Shown here: positions 9,583 to 19,200 of the stretch, piece by piece
Layout of the letters: each line of letters begins with the position of its first letter
Position numbering within the stretch: position 1 is the stretch's first letter
From: Pseudomonadota bacterium
GTDB taxonomy: Bacteria > Pseudomonadota > Gammaproteobacteria > Steroidobacterales > Woeseiaceae
Direction: 5' to 3'
Assembly: GCA_039814545.1 (NCBI GenBank)
Contig: JBCCBB010000004.1
Coordinates: forward strand, 994 to 64,993
DNA length: 64,000 bases
Made by a program: the position numbers and the translations under genes
The notes under the pieces: model-generated
Seen by the model: the letters and a program-made list of their open reading frames with translations, nothing else
Told to the model about the DNA's origin: nothing
The model's database searches: none

Positions 9583-10146
9583 TCAGGCAGCCGTTACCGA
9601 CTCCGTGACCTCTACTACCTTTTTCGCAGCCGTCTTAGCGGCCGTTTTTGCTTTCGTTTTAGCTTTTTTTGCGGGAGCCTTGCGTGCGGTCTTTTTGGCA
9701 GCCGTTTTCGCACGCTTGGGTGCGGCGGGCTTGCCGATGCCGGACACAACGCCAGTGACGTCCGTCGCAGCGCTACGAACGAGGTCGAAGGCTTCGCGGA
9801 TGTCAGTGATGTAGCCGCGAACGACCTTCGGCATCGTGTCGCGCTGGTAGGCCAGCAGCGAACCAACCGATTCAGCGCGGGCAGCGGCGTCAAAGCCACC
9901 AGCCAGTGCGTCGAGGCTGCCCTGGACGCTCTTGGTCTGCAGCTCGATCAGGTCTTTCGACAGGCGGAAACCGATACCGTTGACGTCAATGCTGGCCTTG
10001 GAAAGCTTGGCGACGGGCTTCTTGCCCGTTGCGATGGCTTTGCCAGCCTGGCCAACGCGTTCCTGCGTGGCGTCAACAGCGGTGTTCATGGTTGTACGGG
10101 CCGAGTCGGCGACGCGCGTCAGCGCAGTTTCGATCTGTTCTTTCAC
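9583..10146 (-). CDS. Phasin-like (PHA granule-associated) protein with Lys/Ala-rich histone-H1-like C-terminal tail
   Basis: The ORF opens at 10191. The likely start is GTG 10146, preceded by GAGGG. The N-terminal region looks helical (VKEQIETALTRVADSARTT..LLAYQRDTMPKVV). The tail is KPAAPKRAKTAAKKTARKAPAKKAKTKAKTAAKTAAKK, as in PhaF/AlgP-type proteins. Confidence 0.55.
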   Translation of the reverse strand: MKEQIETALTRVADSARTTMNTAVDATQERVGQAGKAIATGKKPVAKLSKASIDVNGIGFRLSKDLIELQTKSVQGSLDALAGGFDAAARAESVGSLLAYQRDTMPKVVRGYITDIREAFDLVRSAATDVTGVVSGIGKPAAPKRAKTAAKKTARKAPAKKAKTKAKTAAKTAAKKVVEVTESVTAA

Positions 10147-10442
10147 GGTGAGAACCCTCAATGGTGCGGTGCAACAAATGTTGCAGCGCACAATATGGCA
10201 GCGTCATGGTGCTGTCAACCTTTTTTCGGTAAGTTTTCGTCTTGAGTTCGTCCGGCGCACGGCAGCGTCCCGGAATCCTTAAGCACTGCTTAGCCAGAAT
10301 GAGACCTGGTTCACACAGAGGTCGTGAATACGCTCACAGATTCGCGGTCGTAACACCCTGATCCATAGGCTTTAGCGTCCCGCTCAGGGACAATCTTATG
10401 GTGAAACCGGGGTGTGCCCGGAAATCGGGACGAAGCAGGCTT

Positions 10443-11447
10443 ATGACAATCAGAAACGGCGTGTGCGCGACAGGGACGAGGCGCTTTCTCGCCTCCATCA
10501 TTCTGGCCATGCTGTCAGCAGGGGCCGGTGCCGCCGGCACGCTGGCAGGCACAGACATCGCCAATACGGCCAGTGTCAGCTACGAGCTCGACGGCAACCC
10601 GGTCACCCAGGACTCGAACACGGTCACGATCAGTGTCGCCGAGATTCTCGACGTCACGGTGGTACTCGTCAGCCCGCAGCAGTCCGTGAGCCCCGGCGAT
10701 ACTGCGCAGGCACTCGTCTTTACGGTGACCAACACGGGCAACGGCCAGGAATCGTTCGGGCTCAGCGTTGACAATGCGCTGGCCGGTGACGATTTCGACC
10801 CCATCGCCGCGAGCCCCAACATCTATTTCGACAGTGACGCGAGCGGCGACTTCAGCGCGGCTGACACGCCTTACGTACCGGGCAGCGGTGACCCCGACCT
10901 CGCGCCAGACGCTGCGATCACACTCATCGTCGTCAACGACGTTCCCACGGGTCTCGCCAACGGTGACCGCGGCACCAGTGCATTGATCGCCGTCGCTGCC
11001 ACGGGCAGTGGTGCGCCAGGCACGTTGTTCGCCGGCGCCGGCGCCGGTGGGGTCGACGCCGTGGCCGGCGCGAGCGGCGCCACCGCGACCGCGACGGGCG
11101 AATACCTCGTTTCCGACGTCGCGCTCGTCCTCAACAAAGTCGCCCTGGTGCTGGACCCGTTCGGCGGTGATCAGCCCGTACCCGGCGCCACGATTCGCTA
11201 CACGGTCACGGCCGAAGTCACGGGAACCGGGACGGCCGTCGCGGTTGCCGTCGAAGATCAGATTCCGGCCAACACGAGCTATGTCCCAGGAAGCCTCGCG
11301 CTTAACGCGGCTGGCCTCAGCGATGCCGCCGATGCTGACGCGGGCGTGTACGAGGTGGCACCGACGCCGCTCGTGCGCGTGACGCTGGGCGACCTGGCTG
11401 CCGCCGACGGTGTGCAGACCATCACTTTTGAAGTACTCATCGACTGA
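10443..11447 (+). CDS. Secreted two-module DUF11-like (conserved-repeat, Ig-like) protein; putative fibre subunit A
   Basis: ATG 10443 (alternative ATG 10398). Signal peptide MTIRNGVCATGTRRFLASIILAMLSAGAGAAG. Module signatures: FTVTNTGNGQESF and PGATIRYTVTAEVTGTG..VEDQIPANTSYVPGS. It is a collinear paralogue of 12126-13235. Confidence 0.85.
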   Translation: MTIRNGVCATGTRRFLASIILAMLSAGAGAAGTLAGTDIANTASVSYELDGNPVTQDSNTVTISVAEILDVTVVLVSPQQSVSPGDTAQALVFTVTNTGNGQESFGLSVDNALAGDDFDPIAASPNIYFDSDASGDFSAADTPYVPGSGDPDLAPDAAITLIVVNDVPTGLANGDRGTSALIAVAATGSGAPGTLFAGAGAGGVDAVAGASGATATATGEYLVSDVALVLNKVALVLDPFGGDQPVPGATIRYTVTAEVTGTGTAVAVAVEDQIPANTSYVPGSLALNAAGLSDAADADAGVYEVAPTPLVRVTLGDLAAADGVQTITFEVLID

Positions 11448-11499
11448 CGCCACCAACGAAGTGGCGATGCAACTGACAGCATTTATTAAGGAGCGAAGC

Positions 11500-11985
11500 A
11501 TGAACCGAGCACTGACCCTACTGGCAGCCGTGCTCTCACTGAGCCTGGCGACACCCGCCCTGGCTCAGGAGGGCAAGATCGAACTCAAGAGCGTTGTTGA
11601 GAAAGAAGTACGTGTCGTCAATGATGCGGGCGAAGAGGTCGTGCAGCTCGTGACTGCCGACAAAGTCGTGCCCGGTGACGTGGTGATCTACACGGTCACC
11701 TACACGAATGTCGCCGAACAGGCCGTCGACAACGTCGTCATCACAAACCCCATCAACGATGCCTTGAGCTATGTCGTCGATTCCGCGTTTGCCCCGGGTG
11801 CCGACGTCAGCTTTTCCGTTGACGGTGGCGCCTCGTTCGACGCGCTCGAGGCACTGACTGTCGAACGCGAGGGCACCGCGATCGCCGCCGGTGTCGACGA
11901 TCTCACTCACATCCGCTGGATCCTGCGCGAGCCGCTAGATCCCGGTGCACAGGGCTTCGCCCGATTCCGCGCGCGCCTCAATTAG
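11500..11985 (+). CDS. Secreted single-module DUF11-like protein; putative fibre subunit B (cap candidate)
   Basis: ATG 11500 with AAGGAG 6 nt upstream; the track ORF opens at 11410. Signal peptide MNRALTLLAAVLSLSLATPALA. Module signature: VVPGDVVIYTVTYTNVAEQAVDNVVITNPINDALSYVVDS. Confidence 0.85.
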   Translation: MNRALTLLAAVLSLSLATPALAQEGKIELKSVVEKEVRVVNDAGEEVVQLVTADKVVPGDVVIYTVTYTNVAEQAVDNVVITNPINDALSYVVDSAFAPGADVSFSVDGGASFDALEALTVEREGTAIAAGVDDLTHIRWILREPLDPGAQGFARFRARLN

Positions 11986-12125
11986 GCGCCGCCAGATTCG
12001 CCCGGTAAGGGACCACCGGGCTCAACGATAACAGGGACTTCCAGGCCGCTGCGCAGGGCGGCTTGGCGCATCCGAGCGACCTGCGCATTGGCAAGAGCAA
12101 ATTAATGCAAGACAGGAGAAGCGAA

Positions 12126-13235
12126 ATGACGCTTGCACGCACAACCCTGGGCCGTATAGCGGCCTCGGGACTCGTAGCGATCGCGTTGTCGTTCGCGGGG
12201 ACGGCACAAGCTGCCGGCACCGCGGCCGGGACCTCGATCGAAAACGTGGCTACCGTCGACTACGAAGTCGGCTCGATCGCACAGACGCCGATCGAATCGT
12301 CTCCGACGGGTAACTCCACCCCAGGTGTCAGCAACGGCACGGCAACGGCGTTCCTCGTCGATAACCGTGTCGATCTGACGCTGGTGGAGACCGACAGCGC
12401 GCCCACCCCGGTCAGCCCGGGACAGGCCGATGTCGTGGCTACATTCAGCCTGACCAACACCGGTAACGAGGCACAGGGCTACGCACTGGTCGCAGCCAAC
12501 CTCGCAGCCGGCGCCGTCGTTCACGGCAACACCGATGATCAGCAGGTCAACAACCTGCGGGCCTTCGCCGACACCGACGGCAGTGGCGACTTCTCGGGCG
12601 GTGACGCCCAGTTCGTCGACACGCTCGCGGCTGACGGCAACATCCTCGTGTTCGTCGTTGCTGACGTGCCGATCGGTGTCGTTAATGGTGAGTTCGCCAA
12701 CGTCAGCATGACCGCAACGACTGCGGTTTCGGGCACGAGCGGCGCGACGATTGTCACGGAAACCACGGGCGGCAACACCGCCGGTGTTGACGTCGTGTTT
12801 GCCGATGCTGGCAATGATGGTCTCGAGACGGCCGAAGACGGCTTTGCCGTATCGTCGGCTGCCCTCACTGTGACCAAGGCGGATGCGATCATCAGTGATC
12901 CGATCAACGGCACTACGGACCCGCTGTACATTCCGGGTGCGGTCGTTGAGTACACGATCACGATCGTGAACACGGGTACCGCCGACGCCGAACAGGTCAG
13001 CGTTACGGACGTCATCGATGGCGACCTGACCCTGGCTCTGGGCGAATACGGCGGCGGCGCCGATATCGAGTTTGACCTCGGTGGCGCCACAACGGGCTGC
13101 ACGGCGAACAACGCCGACGCGGACCCCTGTGGCCTCACGGGTTCGACGCTCGAAGCCGACGTGAATGCGACGCTGGGTACCAACCCGGGTGTCGACGACA
13201 CGCTGGTGGTGCGTTTCCGCGTGACCATCAACTGA
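12126..13235 (+). CDS. Secreted two-module DUF11-like protein; putative fibre subunit C (paralogue of A)
   Basis: ATG 12126 with AGGAG 8 nt upstream; the track ORF opens at 12063. Signal peptide MTLARTTLGRIAASGLVAIALSFAGTAQA. Module signatures: FSLTNTGNEAQGY and PGAVVEYTITIVNTGTADAEQVSVTDVI. One Cys pair (CTANNADADPC) is present. Confidence 0.85.
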   Translation: MTLARTTLGRIAASGLVAIALSFAGTAQAAGTAAGTSIENVATVDYEVGSIAQTPIESSPTGNSTPGVSNGTATAFLVDNRVDLTLVETDSAPTPVSPGQADVVATFSLTNTGNEAQGYALVAANLAAGAVVHGNTDDQQVNNLRAFADTDGSGDFSGGDAQFVDTLAADGNILVFVVADVPIGVVNGEFANVSMTATTAVSGTSGATIVTETTGGNTAGVDVVFADAGNDGLETAEDGFAVSSAALTVTKADAIISDPINGTTDPLYIPGAVVEYTITIVNTGTADAEQVSVTDVIDGDLTLALGEYGGGADIEFDLGGATTGCTANNADADPCGLTGSTLEADVNATLGTNPGVDDTLVVRFRVTIN

Positions 13236-13261
13236 CGGTAGTTGCGGAGACGCTGACGCCC

Positions 13262-16200
13262 ATGAGCGAGCGCATCGCTGCTCTTGCACTGCGCGCCGTG
13301 GCCGGGAAACCGGCCGCGGCGCGCGGGCGTTTGTGTGTCCGCCGCCGTCGTGCCGTGCGAGTGGCTCCGGGGTACGTTCGACGTGCCCCGGCGCTTCTTC
13401 GCAGTGCGGTGTTGGTGCTGGCCGGTGTCTTCGGCTTTGCACTGACCGCTGTCGCGGCGACGCCACCCGGTACCCAGATCGACAACCAGGCACGGGCGCT
13501 GTTCCAGACCGACGCGGGCACGCCCGTCACGGTGCTCAGCAATACGGCCAGTGTGATCACCGTTTTTGGTCGCACGCCTTCGCAGGCGACCTTCACACGA
13601 CTCGCTGCGGGCACCGTGAGCCGCAGCGAAACCATCGGTCCCGTGCAGTGTGCACTCAACGGGACGTTTACTCCCTTGCCTGCACCACTTGACGGCGCGG
13701 GCCAGCCGATCGACCTGACCGCCCCGCAAACCGTGGCGGACACGGGCATCTTCAACACCGACGAGACCGCGTTTGTGCGTCTCGATGACGGTGACCAAAA
13801 CCTCAATGGGCTCTTGCGTGAGACGGTGACCGTGACCGTCAGCAACGCCCCGGGCGGTGACAGCGAGACGCTGACGCTGACCGAAACGGGCAATAACACG
13901 GGTGTGTTCACGGGTTACGTACCACTTGCCGAGGCGACGCCTTCAGCGGGCAACTGCGTACTTGAGACGACGCCCGACAGTACGCTGTCCATCAGCTACG
14001 CCGACCCGGCGGACAACACGGACGCGAGCCAGGCGCTGGCGCTTGTGGAGCCGCTTTCGATCGTGTTCGACGCCAGCACGGGCCAGCCTGTCGACGGCGC
14101 GACGATCACGCTTGTCGATGCGGCCACGGGGCAGCCCGCGACCGTGTTCGGCAACGACGGCGTTAGCACGTACCCGGCGACGGTAGTCAGCGGCGCACCC
14201 GCGACCGATGCTGCCGGTGTGGTCTACAACGTGCCGGCTGGCGGCTACCGCTTCCCGGTCCTGCCCGCGGGCGACTACCGCCTGCAGATCGTGCCGCCGG
14301 CGCAGTTCATCGCACCGTCCAACCGGAGTGTTGCCGAACTCAACACGTTGCCGGGTGCGCCGTTCGATCTGGCAACGGCTTCATTCGGCGGTGACTTCAC
14401 GCAAGTCGTCGATGGCGCGGGCGATCTCGTTGACGTCCCGCTCGATCCCTTTGACGGCGGCCTGTTCCTGTCCAAACGCACCACGACGGCCGTAGCCGGC
14501 GTGGGCGACTTCGTTCGCTACGAACTCGGTCTGACCAACGCATCAGAACGTGTCGCTGCGACGGGCATCACCGTCAGTGATGTGCCGCCGCAGGGCTTCC
14601 GCTATGTGGCTGGTTCGGCGCGGCTCAATGGCAACGTCATTTCCGATCCCGTCTTCGCTGATGCGACGGGTAGTTCGTTCACGTTTACCTTGCCCGATCT
14701 GCCCGCGGCAGCATCGGCAACGCTGGCTTACGTCATGGAAATTACGCCGGGTGCTCGAGGGCGTCAGGCTATCAACATCGCTTCTGCGCGCGCGGACCGT
14801 GGCGTTGCCTCTAACGAAGCGCAGGTATCGATTCGCCTGCGTGAAGACCTGTTCCGGAGCACGAGTGTGCTCGTCGGCCGCGTGGTGGAGGGCAACTGCA
14901 CCGACGAGACGTTTACCGAGTCGCAGGGTGTTGCCGGCGTGCGCGTCTTCCTCGAGGACGGTCGATTCGCGGTCACCGATTACGGCGGTCGTTACCATCT
15001 CGAAGGTCTGACGCCGGGCCGACGTGTGGCGCAGCTCGACGACACCACCGTGCCGGAATGGTTAGAGCTGGTCCCCTGCGACGCGGCACCGCGCTTCGGC
15101 GGTCGGGCGGACTCGCAATTGGTTGACCTGAAACCGGGTCTGTTGCATCGGGCCGACTTCTACCTCAAGCGGCGCGCACCGGATACGGGTGCGGTTTCGC
15201 TTGAGCTCGTCAACGAGAGCGGCAACTCGCCCGACACGATCGATTACAAGCTCGAGCTAACCGGTGACGGCAATGTCTCGGTCGAAGGTCTGAGTGCCAC
15301 GGTGCTGCTGCCCAAGTCGGCCTCGCTTGTACCCGGCACGGCGCGCCTCAACGGCCAACTGCTGCCGAGCCCGCGCCAGACAGGCAATGCCGTCGTGTTC
15401 GTGATTGGCGAGCGTGCGGGCGGCTGGCGCGACCGCATTACGTTCTCGGCCAGGATCGATGCCCTCTACGCCGGTGAGCTCGTGAGCCGCGCTGTGGCCA
15501 ACTTCAATACGCCCGCGACAGGCAACCAACGTACGCCAGTTGGCGAGGCGAGGATGCTACGCGAGGCGGCCACGACAGAAAACGCGGAGTACGTGCTGTC
15601 GCTGAACTTCGACGTGTTGTCTGCTGAGTTGTCCGCCAATGACCGCGAGACGCTGGACGCGCTCATCGATACCTGGCGCGGCGTCTATGACATCCGCCTC
15701 GCAGCGGTGGGGCACTCGGACGCTGATCGTATTGCCGCTCGCAACAGACACGTGTTTGCGGACAACTACGCTCTGTCCGAGGCGCGCGCTGCGTCTGCCG
15801 CACGCTACCTGGCCAGCGCACTCAATGTCGATTCGAAGGCAATCGAGGTGCGTGGCTTCGGCCCCGACCGTCCTGTGGCCAGCAACGATACGGCCGACGG
15901 CAAGCGCCGCAACCGGCGCGTGGAACTCGTCATGAGCGGCACGCGACCCGGTCGTCAGTCGGTCGTCGAGGTCACGCAGGCCGCCAGCGGCGTGCAGCGG
16001 GTCGACACAACGGGCGCCACGCCGGGCCCTGAGACGGCATCGCGAAACGCGCTCGACGAAAAAATTGCGCGCGTGACGGCGGCGAGTGACGAAGCCGTGA
16101 TGGTTGCAGCGCCGGGCGTCGAGGCATTGGGCAGCGCGCATGGCTTTGTCGCACCAGCCGCCGACTACCAGCCGCCGATTCCCAGCTTGACCGTCGCAGT

Positions 16201-19200
16201 GGCGCACGCCGGTGACAGCCGCGTCGAGCTGTCGCTCAACGGGGCGCCCGTCAGCAACCTTAACTTCGATGGCACCGAGCGCAGCGCCGACAAACAGCAT
16301 GCGCTGAGCAGCTGGCGCGGTGTCGACCTTGCCGATGGCGACAACACGCTGATTGCGACCGTGGTGGATGCCAACGGCGTGGTGTTGGCCACGCACCGAC
16401 GTGCCGTGCATTACGCCGGACAGCCCATTCGCGGTGAGCTCGTCGCCAAGGAATCCCGACTTACTGCCAACGGCCGCCAGCGGCCCGTGATCGGTGTACG
16501 TCTGCTCGACGCGGATGGCCAGCCGGCGCGTGCGGGCTCGATCGGCAGCTTCCGCGTTCGTGCCCCGTACCGCTCTTGGTTCGAGGTGTCGCGGGAGCGC
16601 GAGAACCGGCTTGTTGAGGTCGGCGACCGCCGGCCGCTCTACCGCGTTGGCGAAGACGGCATCGCCTACCTGGAGCTCGAGCCCACGACGCGCGCGGGTG
16701 AAGTGATTGTTGATCTTGAATTCGAGAACGGTCGCCAGCAGGAATTGCGCACCTACCTTGCGCCGGCGCCACGCGACTGGATTCTGGTCGGCTTTGCCGA
16801 GGGCACCGTTGGCTACAACACGCTGCGCGATAACGTTAACGCGGCAGACGCTGCCGGTTTCGAGGACGATGTCTACACGGACGGCCGCGTGGCGTTCTTC
16901 GCCAAGGGCCGGATCAAGGGTGACGCGCTGCTGACGCTGGCCTACGACACCCGCGGCAATGCCGTGGACCGCGATGGTTTCGGCACCGAGGTCGATCCGG
17001 ACGCCTTCTTTACGCTCTACGGTGATGGCACCGAGACGCGCTTTGAGGCGGCCAGCCAGCGCAAGCTTTACATCAAGCTCGAGCGCCAACAGTTCTCCGC
17101 CCTGTTCGGTGACTTCGACACGGGGCTGTCGGTCACGGAGCTTGCCCGCTATGAGCGCCGCTTTAACGGGCTGCAGGTGCAGTACTTCGGCAATCGTTTC
17201 ACCGTTAACGCCTTTGCGGCCGAGAGCGATCAGTCATTCCAGCGCGACGACATCCCCGGCGACGGCACCTCGGGTCTGTACCGGCTCTCCGGTCAGGACA
17301 TTGTCGTCAACTCTGACGCCGTGCGTATCGAGACGCGTGACCGCTTCGACGCGTCGGTCGTGATCGCGAGCGAGCGCCTGACGCGTTTCCTCGATTACGA
17401 CATCGACTACATCAACGGCACCTTGTTCTTCAAGCGGCCTGTGCCGAGCCGTGACCAGGACTTCAACCCGCTGGTCATCGTCGCAGAGTACGAATCGCGC
17501 GATGCGGCGGAAGACGACACGATTGCGGGTGGCCGTGCCTCGATCAAGGCGCTCGACGGCGCGCTTGAAGTCGGTGTCACGGCGGTCCACGAAAACAATG
17601 CCGTGGACGCCAACGCGCTCTACGGCGTCGATCTCGCCTGGCAAATCGACAACGCGACGCGACTCACGGCCGAGTACGCCGACACCGACCGCAATGACGT
17701 CAGCGCCACGACCTCTGGCTACGCCTACAAGATCGAGCTTGAGCGCGCGACGGGCTCCCTCGATGCGCGGCTTCACCACCGCCTGTCGGACTCGAATTTC
17801 GGGCTGGGTGCGCAAGCCGCGAACCAGCTCGGTATTGAGGCGACCGGTCTGGATGTGCGCTGGCAGCACGCCGAGCGCTGGTTCAGCCAGATGTCGCTGG
17901 GCCACCAGGAGAACCTGGATACGGGCGCTGAGCGCCAGCGCGCCGAAGCCGAAGTGCGCTACCAGGATTCACGCAACACGGCGTTTACGGGGCTCGCCTT
18001 TGTCAGCGACGAGGCGGCCGATGGCACGGAGCGCGAGTCGTCTCTGGCGCGCGCTGGTGTTGGACGCAGCTTCTTCGGTGACCGCATCACGCTGCGCCTG
18101 TCGACGGAGCAGGCCATCGACACCGATGAGAGCATCGACTACCCGTCGCGTACGCTCGTAGGACTCGACTGGAAGCTGGCGCAGGCCACGCTGTTTGCTG
18201 AGCACGAGGTGGCGAGCGGGGAGAGTATTGATGCGCAAACCTCTCGCGTCGGTCTGCGTGCGACGCCCTGGCAGCGCGCCCAGTTCCTGACCACGCTCGA
18301 CAACCAGGTCACCGAGTTTGGCCCGCGTTTGTTCGCCAACATCGGCTTTATCCAGGGCATACAGATTGGTGAGCGCTGGACCCTCGACGTCGGTGTCGAC
18401 CACAGCAACACGATTATCGACGAGCAGAGTGCGCAGGTCTTTGATCCCGATCGCGAGCTCGTATCAGGCAGCCTGCGCGCCGACTTCGTCGCGGCATTCG
18501 CGGGAGCGCTATACCAGTCTGATAACTGGTCGGCCAATGCGCGCTACGAACGCCGGTCGGCCGATGACGAGGACCGCGACACAGTGTTGTTTGGCTGGTT
18601 CCGTGAGCCCGTCGCAGGTCACGGCCTGTCGGCAGGCTTGCAATACTTCAACAGCGACCGCGCTGACCGCGGCGAGCGACGCGCGGACCTGCGGTTTGGC
18701 TGGGCGTATCGCAAGGCCGATCGCCGCTGGGCGTTCCTCGACCGGCTGGATCTCGTGCTCGATGAGGGCGACGGTTTGGGCGGCGAGCGCCGCAGCATGC
18801 GCTTCATCAACAACTTTAACGCGGTGCGCCGCATCGGCGCGGCCGGTGAGCTGTCGTTGCAGTACGCGTTCAAGTACGTCGACAGTGAGTTCGATGGTGT
18901 CGGCTACTCGGGCTACACCGACCTGGCCGGCGTCGACTATCGCCGCAGCTTCCGCGCGCGCTGGGACTGGGGCATACACGGCTCGGCGATGACGTCGTAC
19001 GAGTCGGGTGTGACGGACTATGGCGTAGGTGTCGATGTTGGGTTCAACCCCCGCGACAACCTCTGGCTGACGCTCGGCTACAACTTCTCTGGCTTCCGCG
19101 ACGAGGACTTCGACGACGCACGCTACACGGCGGCGGGTCCCTATCTGCGTGTCACGGTAAAAGCTGATCAGCACACGCTTAACCGCATCACGGGCAGGAT

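Noticed and set aside
12102-17089. Several long minus-strand ORFs (12102-13493, 12539-13798, 15557-17089)
   Set aside because: They are antisense to subunit gene C and the giant gene. Their translations are Arg/Gly/His-rich and have no start-site context. The plus-strand genes have signal peptides, SD sites and domain motifs.
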